From NCBI RefSeq assembly GCF_001194135.2, contig NC_068981.1, positions 126,416,514-126,474,637 on the forward strand: a DNA stretch of 58,124 bases. The letters are read 5' to 3'. Below are positions 24,358-37,333 of the stretch, in pieces. The notes beneath the pieces are model-generated. The model saw only the letters and a list, made by a program, of their open reading frames with translations. It did not search any database and was not told the DNA's origin. The translations under genes were made by a program, and so were the position numbers. This stretch comes from Octopus bimaculoides (lineage: Eukaryota). Position 1 is the stretch's first letter; each line of letters begins with the position of its first letter.

Positions 24358-25879
24358 GCATGGTTGTAAATGGGAAGGAAATTAAACTGCACTAAGAACT
24401 ACAATAGTATGAATATTTACGTACACACACATACGTATACGCACGTATATACACACCTAGGTTATACACTCCTCCCAACACATATATTCACCATAGTTCT
24501 TTAACAATAAAACGCGCACATACCTATGTTTATATAAATAAAGCTTCCCAAAATACATATACATAGATGCATATTTAGAAATAAACACCTGTCAATAAAT
24601 ATAAACTTAAAATACAGTGATACAAATATACACATAAATATTTATGTATTATGTTAGCATAGCGAAGTTTATAAATGTATAAAGTCCGTTGGGGAGATGG
24701 TCTAGGTTCAACCACAGTTAATAATGTATTTTAGCGAGGTTGGAGGCAATAAGTCGTTTCATAGTTTCTTTTCCGTTATTCCCTTCAGAGAATTTGTTTA
24801 GTCATACCTAATATAAAAAGACAATCAAATTATACACGTACAAACATAGATATACACGCACATCTACAAACACACAAACATACGCACAAATACATACCAA
24901 AGTTATTTGTATCATTCTCAACGCAAAGCGCTAGCTTATAAAGTAAAACGCTTTACATCTAATCTCCAAGTCATTAAAATACCTCGATTCATATGAAACT
25001 TAATATGCCACCTCTTGGAACATATTACAAGCTTATCTCTACGATTCCTTAACATTAACTTGATCCAATGATCAGTTCTTTTGATCTTCATTACAAAAAC
25101 TAAAGAGTATTTAAAATTTTCGATGTAATATTATTTCTATAGTTAGTATGTCAAGCAGTACCATATCGAATACATATCGAACGAGCTTGTCATATTACAC
25201 ATAGTTTACTTCTACAAACATGAATTGCAAAATTATAAAGGCCTAAAAGTTTACGTTTATCCTAATTCCAGTTGTTTTCCAAGTTTAAAAGTATAAATAC
25301 CGATATAGTATCAAGCTAAATTTTAAGGGCATTATTATCTTTAAATGTAACAAATCACAAGAACATTTCTGTTTTAAGCTTTTCAATTTCATTCTAGTGG
25401 GGACTTGCAGGTGATGTCACATCAATCTTTCTGAACTCTCAAGCATTAAAGATTAATATTTACAGCGACTTTGCGTTTTAATGTTGGTAAGACCATCTTG
25501 TGATATTCGTTCCGAAACCAACTTTGACTTCCGTCATTTCATGAGTAGATAAATAAAGTACCATTCCAGTTCTAGAGTAGATTCTTCCTCTCCTGCTTTT
25601 TCTTGCTTTCTGTTGCTTTCGGCTTTTCTCCCTGGAAGAAAGTGGCTCTAGTCGGACCTAAGAAGGAATGGAATCCACAGTTTAAAATTACCCATGGTAC
25701 GCCTTATGTCTAGACGGTAACTTAAGGGCTGCATACAGATTTGAAAACCAAAGTAGTGTGAATGTTACTTGCATACGTTCGCTGAACGTGTGCAGGTGAT
25801 CCAATTTTCAAGATCCAACAAATAAGAACTGCTTCCTGTTTAAATAACTTTAATAGTCTGAATTCGAATACTAATTCAT

Positions 25880-26050
25880 TCAAATTTTGACACAAGGCCA
25901 ACAGTTTTAAGGGTTGGGTTAGACGACACCAGGAATAAAAGCCAAAGTGGACCCTAGTGGAATTTCAATTCACAACATAATTAGTCGGAAGAAATACTGC
26001 TAGGCATTTTGTCAGAAGCTTTTAACGATTCTGCTCGCTCGCTGCTTTGA
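25880..26050 (-). mobile_element. Diverged tRNA-SINE (family C)
   Basis: CAAATTTTGACACAAGGCCAACAG ... ACGATTCTGCTCGCTCGC is the reverse complement of the 44823-45035 family. Confidence 0.65.
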
Positions 26051-26189
26051 ATTCAAATAATAATGAGCAATAGTCCAAATTATTGCAAACTTTAAAATGA
26101 CTGAACTATTGTATTACTAAGTAGTTCCAAGTAAAGTTCCACTGCTTGTCGTCTTCAGCAAGTGACTTCTGTCATAGCTTCGTGTAGAT

Positions 26190-27136
26190 AAGTGATTCTT
26201 AACCTATTTTATGTAGCGCACTTTCGTTATGCCTAGCGCCCACCTATGTGGTGAGTGAGGTATCACGACTAAACTAACTTAACAAGGATAATGATTTATA
26301 ATTTTTACTCAGAAATGGAATATATAAACTTTTAACAGTGATAAAAAAGAAATAATAAGTTGTAAATTTATTTTATACATTGTAAGTTACTGACTTCCCT
26401 ATGCCTGATAGAATCTAACTAAATTTTCTATTTTAGGTTCAATGTGAGTTAAAAGTAGATATAAATCTCCTCTGAATTATTGCAAATTTATTTTGATGCT
26501 TAGTCAGCAATTGCGACATCGCACTGAATCCTTTCTCTACTAAATAGGAAGTAGGAAATGCAAGGAACAGTAATTTAGTTTCTTGCCAAAGTTTAGAATA
26601 TTTGCTTCTCATTTTGGGCCAGAATGACTCACGACCAAGCTGCTGAAAATATACTTGAGCATCGAAATAATTTTTTTAGGTCTATAATTCTTCCTAAAAA
26701 CTTGGTTGAGCAGAAAAGACATCAGAAAGAAATGGATTTATGACCCAATCAGTTACTTTAAGATCAGAAAAATCTTAAAATCTTATCATTAAATCTTTTT
26801 TAACTGTCTGCAGATGACAACAATAGCAATCTATATCAAATTGCTACCATTATTTTCTATTATGTGCAGGCTTGGCAACTAAAATATCTCTTCTCGATAG
26901 TCTTTCTTTGTTGAATGATAAGTTCCTGATAAATTTTAGAACAGTGTCATAGAGATCATATAAATGCTTTAATATCCATTACTAGTTTTATCGTGTAAAA
27001 TATAATTACTACTATATGTAAAATTTAGTACGTTAATTATGTTACACGACTACTCCTCACCACTTCAACATGACTGAAACCTCTTGAAGGCGGTGCACCC
27101 TCTTGGAGGCGGTGCCGCCCACGTTGAGAACCTTTG
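26190..27136 (-). mobile_element. Internally deleted hAT (Charlie/Buster) element retaining the transposase C-terminus
   Basis: Minus-strand translation DWVINPF...LWQETKLLFLAFPTSYLVEKGFSAMSQLLTK...RGDLYLLLTHIEP (hAT dimerisation domain). Termini are AAGTGATTCTTAACC / GTTGAGAACCTTTG, with TSD GTGTAGAT (26182-89) / GTGTAGAA (27137-44). Confidence 0.85.
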
Positions 27137-28056
27137 GTGTAGAATAATATTATAGAAGTGGAATTGGGTGAATGAAACAAAAATGTTTTAACTGAGGGAG
27201 GTCTTATGTAATAGATGCATTTCCTATTATATATTACGCAGACCTGAAATGTACGTATAAAATGATTTCAAAATATCAGTTTGGTTTGATTTCATTATTA
27301 CAACTTTATATATATANNNNNNNNNNNNNNNNNNNNNNNNNNNNNNNNNNNNNNNNNNNNNNNNNNNNNNNNNNNNNNNNNNNNNNNNNNNNNNNNNNNN
27401 NNNNNNNNNNNNNNNNNNNNNNNNNNNNNNNNNNNNNNNNNNNNNNNNNNNNNNNNNNNNNNNNNNNNNNNNNNNNNNNNNNNNNNNNNNNNNNNNNNNN
27501 NNNNNNNNNNNNNNNNNNNNNNNNNNNNNNNNNNNNNNNNNNNNNNNNNNNNNNNNNNNNNNNNNNNNNNNNNNNNNNNNNNNNNNNNNNNNNNNNNNNN
27601 NNNNNNNNNNNNNNNNNNNNNNNNNNNNNNNNNNNNNNNNNNNNNNNNNNNNNNNNNNNNNNNNNNNNNNNNNNNNNNNNNNNNNNNNNNNNNNNNNNNN
27701 NNNNNNNNNNNNNNNNNNNNNNNNNNNNNNNNNNNNNNNNNNNNNNNNNNNNNNNNNNNNNNNNNNNNNNNNNNNNNNNNNNNNNNNNNNNNNNNNNNNN
27801 NNNNNNNNNNNNNNNNNNNNNNNNNNNNNNNNNNNNNNNNNNNNNNNNNNNNNNNNNNNNNNNNNNNNNNNNNNNNNNNNNNNNNNNNNNNNNNNNNNNN
27901 NNNNNNNNNNNNNNNNNNNNNNNNNNNNTATATATACCGGAGTAAGCACATGAAATGTGCAACAAGGTGGAAAAAAGAGTACTCAAATACCAGAGGTAGA
28001 GTAATATGCTTTATTTAAAAGCAGCAGAAATATAACAAAAAAATATATATGTTATA

Positions 28057-29076
28057 CGAGGCTCGGCTGAAAAGTTCATAGGCTGACAAGATATTCTCAT
28101 GGAATGTGACCAAATGAGGTTTATTTTTCAACATAATCTTCGCTGCAGTCCACACACTTCTTCCATTGGTGTTGCAGTGCTTGGATCCCATTGGCAAAGA
28201 AGCTTTCATCCTTCTGGTTAAAAAGTCATCAAGAGAACAGAGAGGATTTTCAACCTGGTGAAAGCCTCAGTCATACACAAAAGCTATTGAAACCAAGGAC
28301 TTGTGAGCTGGAACATGTCCTGATGAAACAAGACCACTTTCGTCAGTTTTCCTGGTCTTGAAAGCCTTTCGTAACTGCCTCAACCAGATAGTGGGGCTCT
28401 TTTGGAGATAGTCAGTAAGCATAATGCCTTTTGCATCCCACCAAAACTGAGGCCATCGCCCTCCATTCAGATGAAACGAAACGATCTTGGCTTTCTTTGG
28501 AGAAGGTGAGGAGAAGTGTTTCCATTGCATGGATTGTCTCTTTGGCTCTGGCTCAAAGTGATGAAGTTAACTCTCATCCTGGCTTAGGAAAAGTTCAAGG
28601 AAACCGACAGGATCTGCCTCAACTATGTCAGATTTCTCCGTGATATGATCCACCTGGTGCGCTTTTGACCAGGTGTCAGAAGACGTGGCAACTACCAAGC
28701 TGAAACCTTTGTCATGTTAGGAATATTCTAATAGAATTGGCTATTTGCTTTATAGTTAACCGTTTGTCAACCATCACCATGCCGTGAACTCATCAATGTT
28801 TTCCTCAATGGTGGCAGTTGCAGGGTTAGCTTCAAGACAGTCCATTCCCCTCCTAAATTCAGCAGCCCACTTTTGCACTACTGATAAAGCTGGTGTGTCC
28901 TCCTCTAATGTAGCAACTATGTCAATATGAAAGTCCTTGGGGGCTAAATCCTTTTTCTGAAAGTACTTGATAAAACCACGATGCCAAATTTTGTCGATTC
29001 TCAAGAGAAGCTGCTACTAGTTACTTTTGAAGTCTTCTTTAAACAACCATCCTATGAACTTTTCAGTCAACCTTCG
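28057..29076 (-). mobile_element. Mariner (irritans-like) element with both TIRs, internally deleted
   Basis: TA|CGAGGCTCGGCTGAAAAGTTCATAGG ... CCTATGAACTTTTCAGTCAACCTTCG|TG. Translation includes HRGFIKYFQKK...VVQKWAAEFRRG and QWKH.SSPSPKKAK. Confidence 0.88.
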
Positions 29077-29239
29077 TGTGCAACAGAAGTAGTATTAGAT
29101 TAAAAAGGCCTTCTGTGTATCATATATAATGTGAACACATCGCAAAAAGCAAATTTACAGCGGTGATACTACCTTTTATGGACGTGCTACGTCTAAAAAC
29201 ACAATATATATCGAAGGCAGACAAACACTATTCAAGCAG

Positions 29240-29700
29240 CGGCTGGCGAGAATGTTTAGATGCGAATTCAAAATATCATTAAAAACCGTGCATTGGCCAT
29301 CTAGTACTTGCTTTGACTGAATAAAGAGTTACCAATTGGTCAAGCACGTCTACACCTACTTATTTTTGCTATTAAAAAGTATGGTTTCAGGCTTCTTGGG
29401 GTTATTTTCAGGAAGAACTTCTCCATGTTAATGTAAGGTACTCAAAAAAGCAACAGACTTCGATTCTTTTGCACTGGTATGATGTATGACAGCAAGCTGT
29501 CTGTGAATTTCAAAACCACAGTTTCATGGACTGGTTTCACCTGTTTTACTGCTTCTGGTAATTCCCTTCTGTTCTGACGAATTGTTCTGACTAAGCTGCA
29601 GGTTTGTTTTGCGAGCTGTGAAGACTATACAATTACTGAATATCTAAAACGTTGAAACATAGGTGCAAGTTGCCATTGCATCAACTGACGCGTGTGGTCC
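29240..29700 (-). mobile_element. piggyBac transposase fragment
   Basis: Frameshifted minus-strand translation LVRTIRQNRRELPEA...KNRSLLL...GVDVLDQLVTLYSVKASTRWP (third catalytic Asp region of piggyBac/PGBD). Confidence 0.75.
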
Positions 29701-29759
29701 TTATAGGTACTATGTGGTTTATTTATTTTTTTACAGTTAGTACAAACAACCTATAATAT

Positions 29760-30075
29760 ATAGTCTATATAGATATAAAACTATGAAAAGTCAAGCACCA
29801 TACGGTTCTATATTTAAGAGATGAGGAATTATGTACATTATTTACATTTGACGGATATTTGTTCTCACCTTGTTTGTTGTTAACACAACGTTTCGGCTGA
29901 TATACCCTCCAGCATTCATCAGGGGTCTTGGGGAAATTTCGAAACTGGGTTCTCATTCTTAAGGTATTTTTTGATATTATTATTATTATTATTATTCAGG
30001 TCACTGCCTGGAATCGAACTCGGAATCTTGGGGTTAGTAGCCCGTGCTCTTAACCACAATGCCATATGCCCGCAA
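29760..30075 (-). mobile_element. Composite repeat: tRNA-like head, (AAT)n, then a hammerhead-bearing pLTR-like body
   Basis: The reverse strand reads TGGCATTGTGGTTAAGAGC...GAGTTCGATTCC (A/B boxes) and AATAATAAT, then GACCC-CTGATGA-ATGCTG(N10)CAGCC-GAAAC-GTT-GTGTT at 29927-29882. Confidence 0.75.
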
Positions 30076-30082
30076 AGTTCAT

Positions 30083-30118
<36 letters not shown>

Positions 30119-30978
30119 NNNNNNNNNNNNNNNNNNNNNNNNNNNNNNNNNNNNNNNNNNNNNNNNNNNNNNNNNNNNNNNNNNNNNNNNNNNNNNNNNN
30201 NNNNNNNNNNNNNNNNNNNNNNNNNNNNNNNNNNNNNNNNNNNNNNNNNNNNNNNNNNNNNNNNNNNNNNNNNNNNNNNNNNNNNNNNNNNNNNNNNNNN
30301 NNNNNNNNNNNNNNNNNNNNNNNNNNNNNNNNNNNNNNNNNNNNNNNNNNNNNNNNNNNNNNNNNNNNNNNNNNNNNNNNNNNNNNNNNNNNNNNNNNNN
30401 NNNNNNNNNNNNNNNNNNNNNNNNNNNNNNNNNNNNNNNNNNNNNNNNNNNNNNNNNNNNNNNNNNNNNNNNNNNNNNNNNNNNNNNNNNNNNNNNNNNN
30501 NNNNNNNNNNNNNNNNNNNNNNNNNNNNNNNNNNNNNNNNNNNNNNNNNNNNNNNNNNNNNNNNNNNNNNNNNNNNNNNNNNNNNNNNNNNNNNNNNNNN
30601 NNNNNNNNNNNNNNNNNNNNNNNNNNNNNNNNNNNNNNNNNNNNNNNNNNNNNNNNNNNNNNNNNNNNNNNNNNNNNNNNNNNNNNNNNNNNNNNNNNNN
30701 NNNNNNNNNNNNNNNNNNNNNNNNNNNNNNNNNNNNNNNNNNNNNNNNNNNNNNNNNNNNNNNNNNNNNNNNNNNNNNNNNNNNNNNNNNNNNNNNNNNN
30801 NNNNNNNNNNNNNNNNNNNNNNNNNNNNNNNNNNNNNNNNNNNNNNNNNNNNNNNNNNNNNNNNNNNNNNNNNNNNNNNNNNNNNNNNNNNNNNNNNNNN
30901 NNNNNNNNNNNNNNNNNNNNNNNNNNNNNNNNNNNNNNNNNNNNNNNNNNNNNNNNNNNNNNNNNNNNNNNNNNNNNN

Positions 30979-31024
<46 letters not shown>

Positions 31025-31299
31025 GTATATACACATATATATACACATACATACACATATACATATACATATACATATATATACACACACATATATGTAC
31101 ACATATATATACATACACACACACACACCTATACATATACGCACTTACACACATATATATACATATATATATATGCGTATCGTTATCTCCGTTCACATAC
31201 ACATATATACACACACTTATATGCACTCATCCATATATGCATAACTATACATACACAAACATACATGAGATATGTTGTACTTCCTCACATCCTAAGATC

Positions 31300-31534
31300 A
31301 TTTATACCAACGAAACGTACTTCTTATGATATGCGTACGTTTCAGAGCATTATTCTTTACTTTGTTGATCAATTTATCCTTAGAGAAGATTATGTAGTAT
31401 AGTTCTGTCGTACAGAGCGAACAATACTTTCTTCCTCTCTCATATGGCATTGATCTTGCTATTATAGACCATTCTAATGAATACTGTTTATTATTTTCCT
31501 TAAGATCCCAGATGTATTTGCTAAGACTGGTGCT
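31300..31534 (-). mobile_element. Penelope-like element, C-terminus of the GIY-YIG endonuclease (cut by N-gap)
   Basis: STSLSKYIWDLKENNKQYSLEWSIIARSMPYERGRKYCSLCTTELYYII matches the LSKYIW...CxLC motif at the end of PLE endonucleases. Confidence 0.82.
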
Positions 31535-32935
31535 NNNNNNNNNNNNNNNNNNNNNNNNNNNNNNNNNNNNNNNNNNNNNNNNNNNNNNNNNNNNNNNNNN
31601 NNNNNNNNNNNNNNNNNNNNNNNNNNNNNNNNNNNNNNNNNNNNNNNNNNNNNNNNNNNNNNNNNNNNNNNNNNNNNNNNNNNNNNNNNNNNNNNNNNNN
31701 NNNNNNNNNNNNNNNNNNNNNNNNNNNNNNNNNNNNNNNNNNNNNNNNNNNNNNNNNNNNNNNNNNNNNNNNNNNNNNNNNNNNNNNNNNNNNNNNNNNN
31801 NNNNNNNNNNNNNNNNNNNNNNNNNNNNNNNNNNNNNNNNNNNNNNNNNNNNNNNNNNNNNNNNNNNNNNNNNNNNNNNNNNNNNNNNNNNNNNNNNNNN
31901 NNNNNNNNNNNNNNNNNNNNNNNNNNNNNNNNNNNNNNNNNNNNNNNNNNNNNNNNNNNNNNNNNNNNNNNNNNNNNNNNNNNNNNNNNNNNNNNNNNNN
32001 NNNNNNNNNNNNNNNNNNNNNNNNNNNNNNNNNNNNNNNNNNNNNNNNNNNNNNNNNNNNNNNNNNNNNNNNNNNNNNNNNNNNNNNNNNNNNNNNNNNN
32101 NNNNNNNNNNNNNNNNNNNNNNNNNNNNNNNNNNNNNNNNNNNNNNNNNNNNNNNNNNNNNNNNNNNNNNNNNNNNNNNNNNNNNNNNNNNNNNNNNNNN
32201 NNNNNNNNNNNNNNNNNNNNNNNNNNNNNNNNNNNNNNNNNNNNNNNNNNNNNNNNNNNNNNNNNNNNNNNNNNNNNNNNNNNNNNNNNNNNNNNNNNNN
32301 NNNNNNNNNNNNNNNNNNNNNNNNNNNNNNNNNNNNNNNNNNNNNNNNNNNNNNNNNNNNNNNNNNNNNNNNNNNNNNNNNNNNNNNNNNNNNNNNNNNN
32401 NNNNNNNNNNNNNTATATAAAGTGTAAACAAGTTACGCAAGAAAAAGTAGAAAAAAGTGCAATTCGCCCCTTAAAGGGGGAATTCCTGAGTTCGATACTT
32501 CCCCTACTCGGCAGGCTTAGATTCGAAATCACATGAAATTCGCAGTAGAAGGACACAACTTAGAAAAGCAATTAGCAAAACTTACTACAAGAAAAACACA
32601 CGCCCGTTCGACGGAAATTTAATTCTTTATTAGCCACTAGGGCCGACATAGAAGGACAATACAGGACAGACAAAGCATGAGGGTCAAAATAACATATGGA
32701 TGATGAAAGGGTGGAAATGATGAACATGGAGTGATGGACACGGGGAACCCACAAGCCACACATCATCACTGATCTTTTAGAATCACTGGTACTTATGTTC
32801 AAGTCAGCTCACTAACACATGTAACAGGGCATACACTCTTCATTCACAAATTAAGATAGTCACAAATCACAAAAAATTCAAATGCCTGTTACAAAGTGAT
32901 GGCACGAATGTAAACCTAACACCACCCAGCGAGAT

Positions 32936-33300
32936 AATGCAACAGACAATACGGAAAACAATACTTTTTAAAACTCTGTCACCCAAAACAAAAAACAAAA
33001 AATAGAAGACATGCCAAAAGAAAGTATCGTAAAAGGTCTACAGCCCATATGGGGCAAAACAACTTATGTAGCAAGGGGAAAAATTACGGTCCTGTGGAAG
33101 TAAGGTTTGCTTTTAAAGAAGAAGCAAAGGAACACTCCACAGTGGCTTTGAAGACAAACGAATTGGTGCTGCTACCCACGTACATCGGTTGACGTACTTC
33201 GAAAATTAAAATAGGGGAGGTCCCACCGACTTGGTATGGCTTGTGGAAGCCGTACTGCTGAACCTGGAGGATAGGGCCACTATCTTTCAGTACACCGAGC
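32936..33300 (+). mobile_element. Probable Tx1/L1 ORF1 (RRM-like) remnant
   Basis: Frameshifted translation MQQTIRKTILFKTL...YGPVEVRF...LVLLPTYIG*RTSKIKIGEVPP. The family assignment is from recalled similarity only. Confidence 0.5.
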
Positions 33301-33639
33301 TACACCAGCAGAACCGAAAACCCGCATCCATAACATACATACACAAACCACAAACATCTTACTCAGTTACCCCAAACAAATATTCCATGAAGAACGAAGA
33401 CAACCAAAATCCCGCACTCATACCATGCATACACAAAACACAATCATCCTATTCATTTTTCCAAAACAAAGCCACATATAAACCATTCACACAAGAGATA
33501 TCACCGCCAGCAACAGCGGGAGAAAATAAACCAAGCTAGTTAAACATGCATGTAGAAAGCCATGTGTTACTCCATAATTAGCGCCTCCACACCCGAAAAC
33601 CAGCGAACACAAAAGACAATGCAATTTTCTTTTTCATCA

Positions 33640-33987
33640 ATTGTTACACCTTTTCTCCTCTTTCTAAAAGCTGTCATTACTTTCGAGACAGTACTTCTTG
33701 ATACACCTAACATTTCGGCTGTTTTTCGTTACGCTAACGCCTGCCATATGAGCACCAACAATTTGACCTCTTTGAAAGTCCGATAGATCTGTCATTTTAA
33801 TGAATTTTGATTACCTTTTTCTGATGGTATCTGAAAAGAAACAGCAATTTTATCAAAACATATTAAGCAACACTAATGATAAATAAAAAAAAGACATAAA
33901 AATAAACAAGCTTTTGACGGTTTTAAAGATATTTCGAAATGATGATGCCATGATGCTAGGTTTTTCCATTATTTTGTCCAACCCCTG
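33640..33987 (-). mobile_element. Tc1 element 5' end (TIR plus transposase N-terminus)
   Basis: TA|CAGGGGTTGGACAAAATAATGGAAA (reverse complement, ends at 33987). The ATG at 33795 gives MTDLSDFQRGQIVGAHMAGVSVTK. Confidence 0.85.
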
Positions 33988-34007
33988 TACATATTTATTT
34001 ATCTATA

Positions 34008-34046
<39 letters not shown>

Positions 34047-34087
34047 NNNNNNNNNNATATATATATATATATATATATATACATACG

Positions 34088-34400
34088 TATCTTTTACTTG
34101 TTTCAGGCATTAGACTGCGGCCATGCTAGGGCACCTCCTTGAGGAATTTTCGTCGAACTGATCGACCCCAGTACTTCTTACTTTTTTTTTTATAAGCCTG
34201 GCACTTATTCTATCGGTCTTTTTGCCAAACCGCTAATTTACGGGGACGTATACACACCAACACATGACAGGCTTTCATGCAGGTTCTGTATACTAATTTC
34301 ACTCACAATGCATTGATTGGCCCCAGGATATAGTTAAAGAAACTTGCCGTGTAGTGGAACAGAACCCAAAACTACGCAGTTACAAAGCGAGCTTCTAAAT
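34088..34400 (-). mobile_element. Family-B SINE, internally deleted
   Basis: TTTTACTTGTTTCAGGCATTAGACTGCGGCCATGC...AACCGCTAA.TTACGGGGACGTA. Confidence 0.85.
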
Positions 34401-35004
34401 CAAACAAATATATCTGCAGCTATAGCTTCATAATTGCACAACTACACCTGCACCTATGTAGTGGAAGAGAAATATATTTCATCTTTGTGACAAATTGGGT
34501 GGAAATGTATTGCTTTCCTTAAAGGAACTGCGACAGTACTTCTAAAAGATTTGCTTACAGTTTCCACCTTGTAATCAATCCGAATTTAACTAGTGAAGAC
34601 AAATTGTAATTTTTTCTTATAAAAAAAAAAAAGACAGCTGGTTATTCCCTTTAATATGTCTTTTGATATATATTTCAAATCCATGAATCATGCTGTGCTT
34701 TATTTAGAGATCATATAACCAACTGCATTAGATAAAAGACAACCTTCCTGTCAAAATGACGCTAGGTCATGCCTTCTTACTCACTTTGCATTGTATCCAT
34801 GACCCAGAGATTTAGATTTCAACGGTTGAATCAATCTAGATTTTAATTAAAATATTACAATGTTTAGAGTGTAAACTGTCCAGTGATTACACCCGTAGGA
34901 AAAGTTACTTTCGGCGGGCTTTCATAGATACTCTCTGATCATTACTGAAACTGAAATAAGTAATAGTCGAAAGGAATACCAAAATCCGCCAAGAGAAATA
35001 AAAG

Positions 35005-35150
35005 GCAGTGGATTTGGCAGATTCGTCGCACAAATTTTCTGCGGTTTGTACTTACGGCACTTCTCGTTCTGAGTTCAAGTCCTGCTGAGGTAAATTTGGT
35101 CTTTTCTTTTTCGGAGATCGAAAATATGGTACCAGTCAAGTCTTGGTGTC
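35005..35150 (+). mobile_element. Family-C SINE, diverged; other old copies at about 40840-40985(-), 41866-41934(-) and 43845-43990(+)
   Basis: TTGGCAGATTCGT...GTTCTGAGTTCAAGTCCTGCTGAGGT...AGTACCAGTCAAG-like blocks shared with 44823. Confidence 0.65.
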
Positions 35151-35773
35151 TATTTAATATTTCTCTAATTCATCCTAGATGTGAATAGAATTATAATAAA
35201 GAAAAATAATTTTTGCAAGAGCTATAAAGTGTAGAATCTCATAGAAGAACGAATACAATCAATCAAATCGGATTCAATATACAACTGTTAATTATTTTAT
35301 CGATCTTGGCCTGATAAGAGACAAAATCGATCAAACGATGTTTGGAGGGAACGTAATTAAACGCTGGAGTGTTTCTTCCGATACTCTACAGTTTAGTGTA
35401 AAGTTGTAAAATCGCTGAAACAAAAAGTAAAAATTATAACAAAAATTTCTGTTCAAAAACTATAATTAACCAACAAATCTAGATTATGCTAACTTTCAAT
35501 AATCAGCAGTCACATATTATTATGATGCGGAATATGAACGTAAATAAATTAATTAAAAAGTCTCTATCTGATCTGATATAAACGAAATTGTTACAAACAC
35601 ACATATGGACGCACATACTTACATATAAGCACGAACACATAAGTGCGTGCACACATATGAGCGTGCACACATACGAGCTTGCACACACTCACATGCTCAT
35701 ACCAAACAGTTTCGAAACAACGCCAAAACAACGCCAGATCATATATTCAAAATAAATGGAAGTGGAGAGACAA

Positions 35774-35814
35774 GTTACTGAAGAGATTGCAAGAGTGCAA
35801 TGAAATAATTTAAC
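35774..35814 (+). ncRNA. Minimal hammerhead-like motif (C11.1 missing)
   Basis: GTTA-CTGAAGA-G-ATTGCA-AGAG-TGCAAT-GAAA-TAAT-T-TAAC: stem I GTTA/TAAC and a 6-bp stem II. Confidence 0.5.
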
Positions 35815-37333
35815 AAAAAACTATATAAATTAATAAAGGACTGAACCAGTGCGTGTGTTTATTACCGGCATAATGCCTCTCCCAAGGTTTAATTGTATTT
35901 CTTTCAACACACGTATCCACATCAAGAATCTTGCACACGAAATACACATACGAAACTTAATTCATTGTCGTTATTCAAATGCTTTTTTTTAAAGTGAAAT
36001 ATCTTGTGAGAATCTACCACATTTTGAAAAATTAATTTAGGACGATTCCAGACACGATTTTTATAGAATTTAATCTCGAAGGCTTTGGTTATATAATTTT
36101 CTCTATTGTCTTAAACATTGCTTTTTACACATGAATAGTTCACATTTAGATAATTATGTTGTAAATAGTCAATACCTTTAAAAAGAACATGCTGTCCTTT
36201 AATGTGTGATCATATCGAAGATTATTAGTACAGTAAATATTAAGAGCAGTCACTCACTCTGAACGGAAGAACAATAAAAACCCAAATGTTTCCTTTCTAT
36301 ATCGGCTTCTGGGATTGATTATCATTATCGAAAACCGTGCGGTAGATGTAAAAGCTGAATTTTTAACTCTAGACAAACCACAGCGGAATCAAGCTAAAAG
36401 TAAATGAACTTCAGCACATTTTCGACCGTCAAGATGCAGTAAACCTCATAAAAGTCCCGGAAAATCAATCGAGAGAAACGTTGTTTAAAAGTATTTGGAA
36501 AATCAACTGATTGAACGTTCGAGTTTAAACTTTGAAACTGAAGGAGACATGAAAAGCTATACTAAAATTGCACTAAAAGCTTTAGCTTTTAGAGGTGTTC
36601 TTAAAGTGTTACAAAATTATGCACATATACATTAAAGATATCCTTGATAAACGAAGGTGTGGCATAGACATAAATTCTTATGGATTATGTTACGCATCGA
36701 GGTTTTGGAATATCTGAAATATCTAGCAAATGTTTTACATAAATGAAACAATCAATGGTTTTCACTTTACTTTTTGTGTGACATAAAGCCGGTAATTAGA
36801 TACTAACTACAAAAATTATGCAGTCCTTATCGCCAACAGGTTTGCGTCACGGGCGAATTGATTACTTAAAACACATAAGGATTAATCTCTAAGCCCATGT
36901 ATAACAAGATGTTATCGAATGTCATTTAATCATTAAAAATCTGAGGATTTAAATTTTCTGATCAATTGTGTTTGGTTTCTATTTACAATCAAGATATGAC
37001 TTTGCAGTCAGTAAAGGACATCTGTTTGGACGATATAATGGCATTACGAGTGATTGAGTGAAAACTTTCTGTTGTGTAATGAAAAAATGTTGCAGAAAAG
37101 TCATCAGCTGATATGAATCTGAGAGTATTTGTATGTTGAATACAACAACTAATACCACTTTTCCGACTTCAATATTTCATTTGAAATTACATTTGAAGCT
37201 TTTAGAATTTCAGGTTTTCATCTCTCTTTCTCTCTAAAGGAGTTACAACTTACTGATACTTTTTGATACATTATATATCCTGTAATAACTTACTTGACAT
37301 ACAGTAGAAAATAGGTGGTGGAGGGGCAAGTCG

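Noticed and set aside
23230-25800. Short protein-like frames on the minus strand (e.g. LKRAVSNHSRQLDEYKQQ, RRKAESNRKQEKAGEE)
   Set aside because: They are interrupted by stops in all frames and show no recognisable domain.
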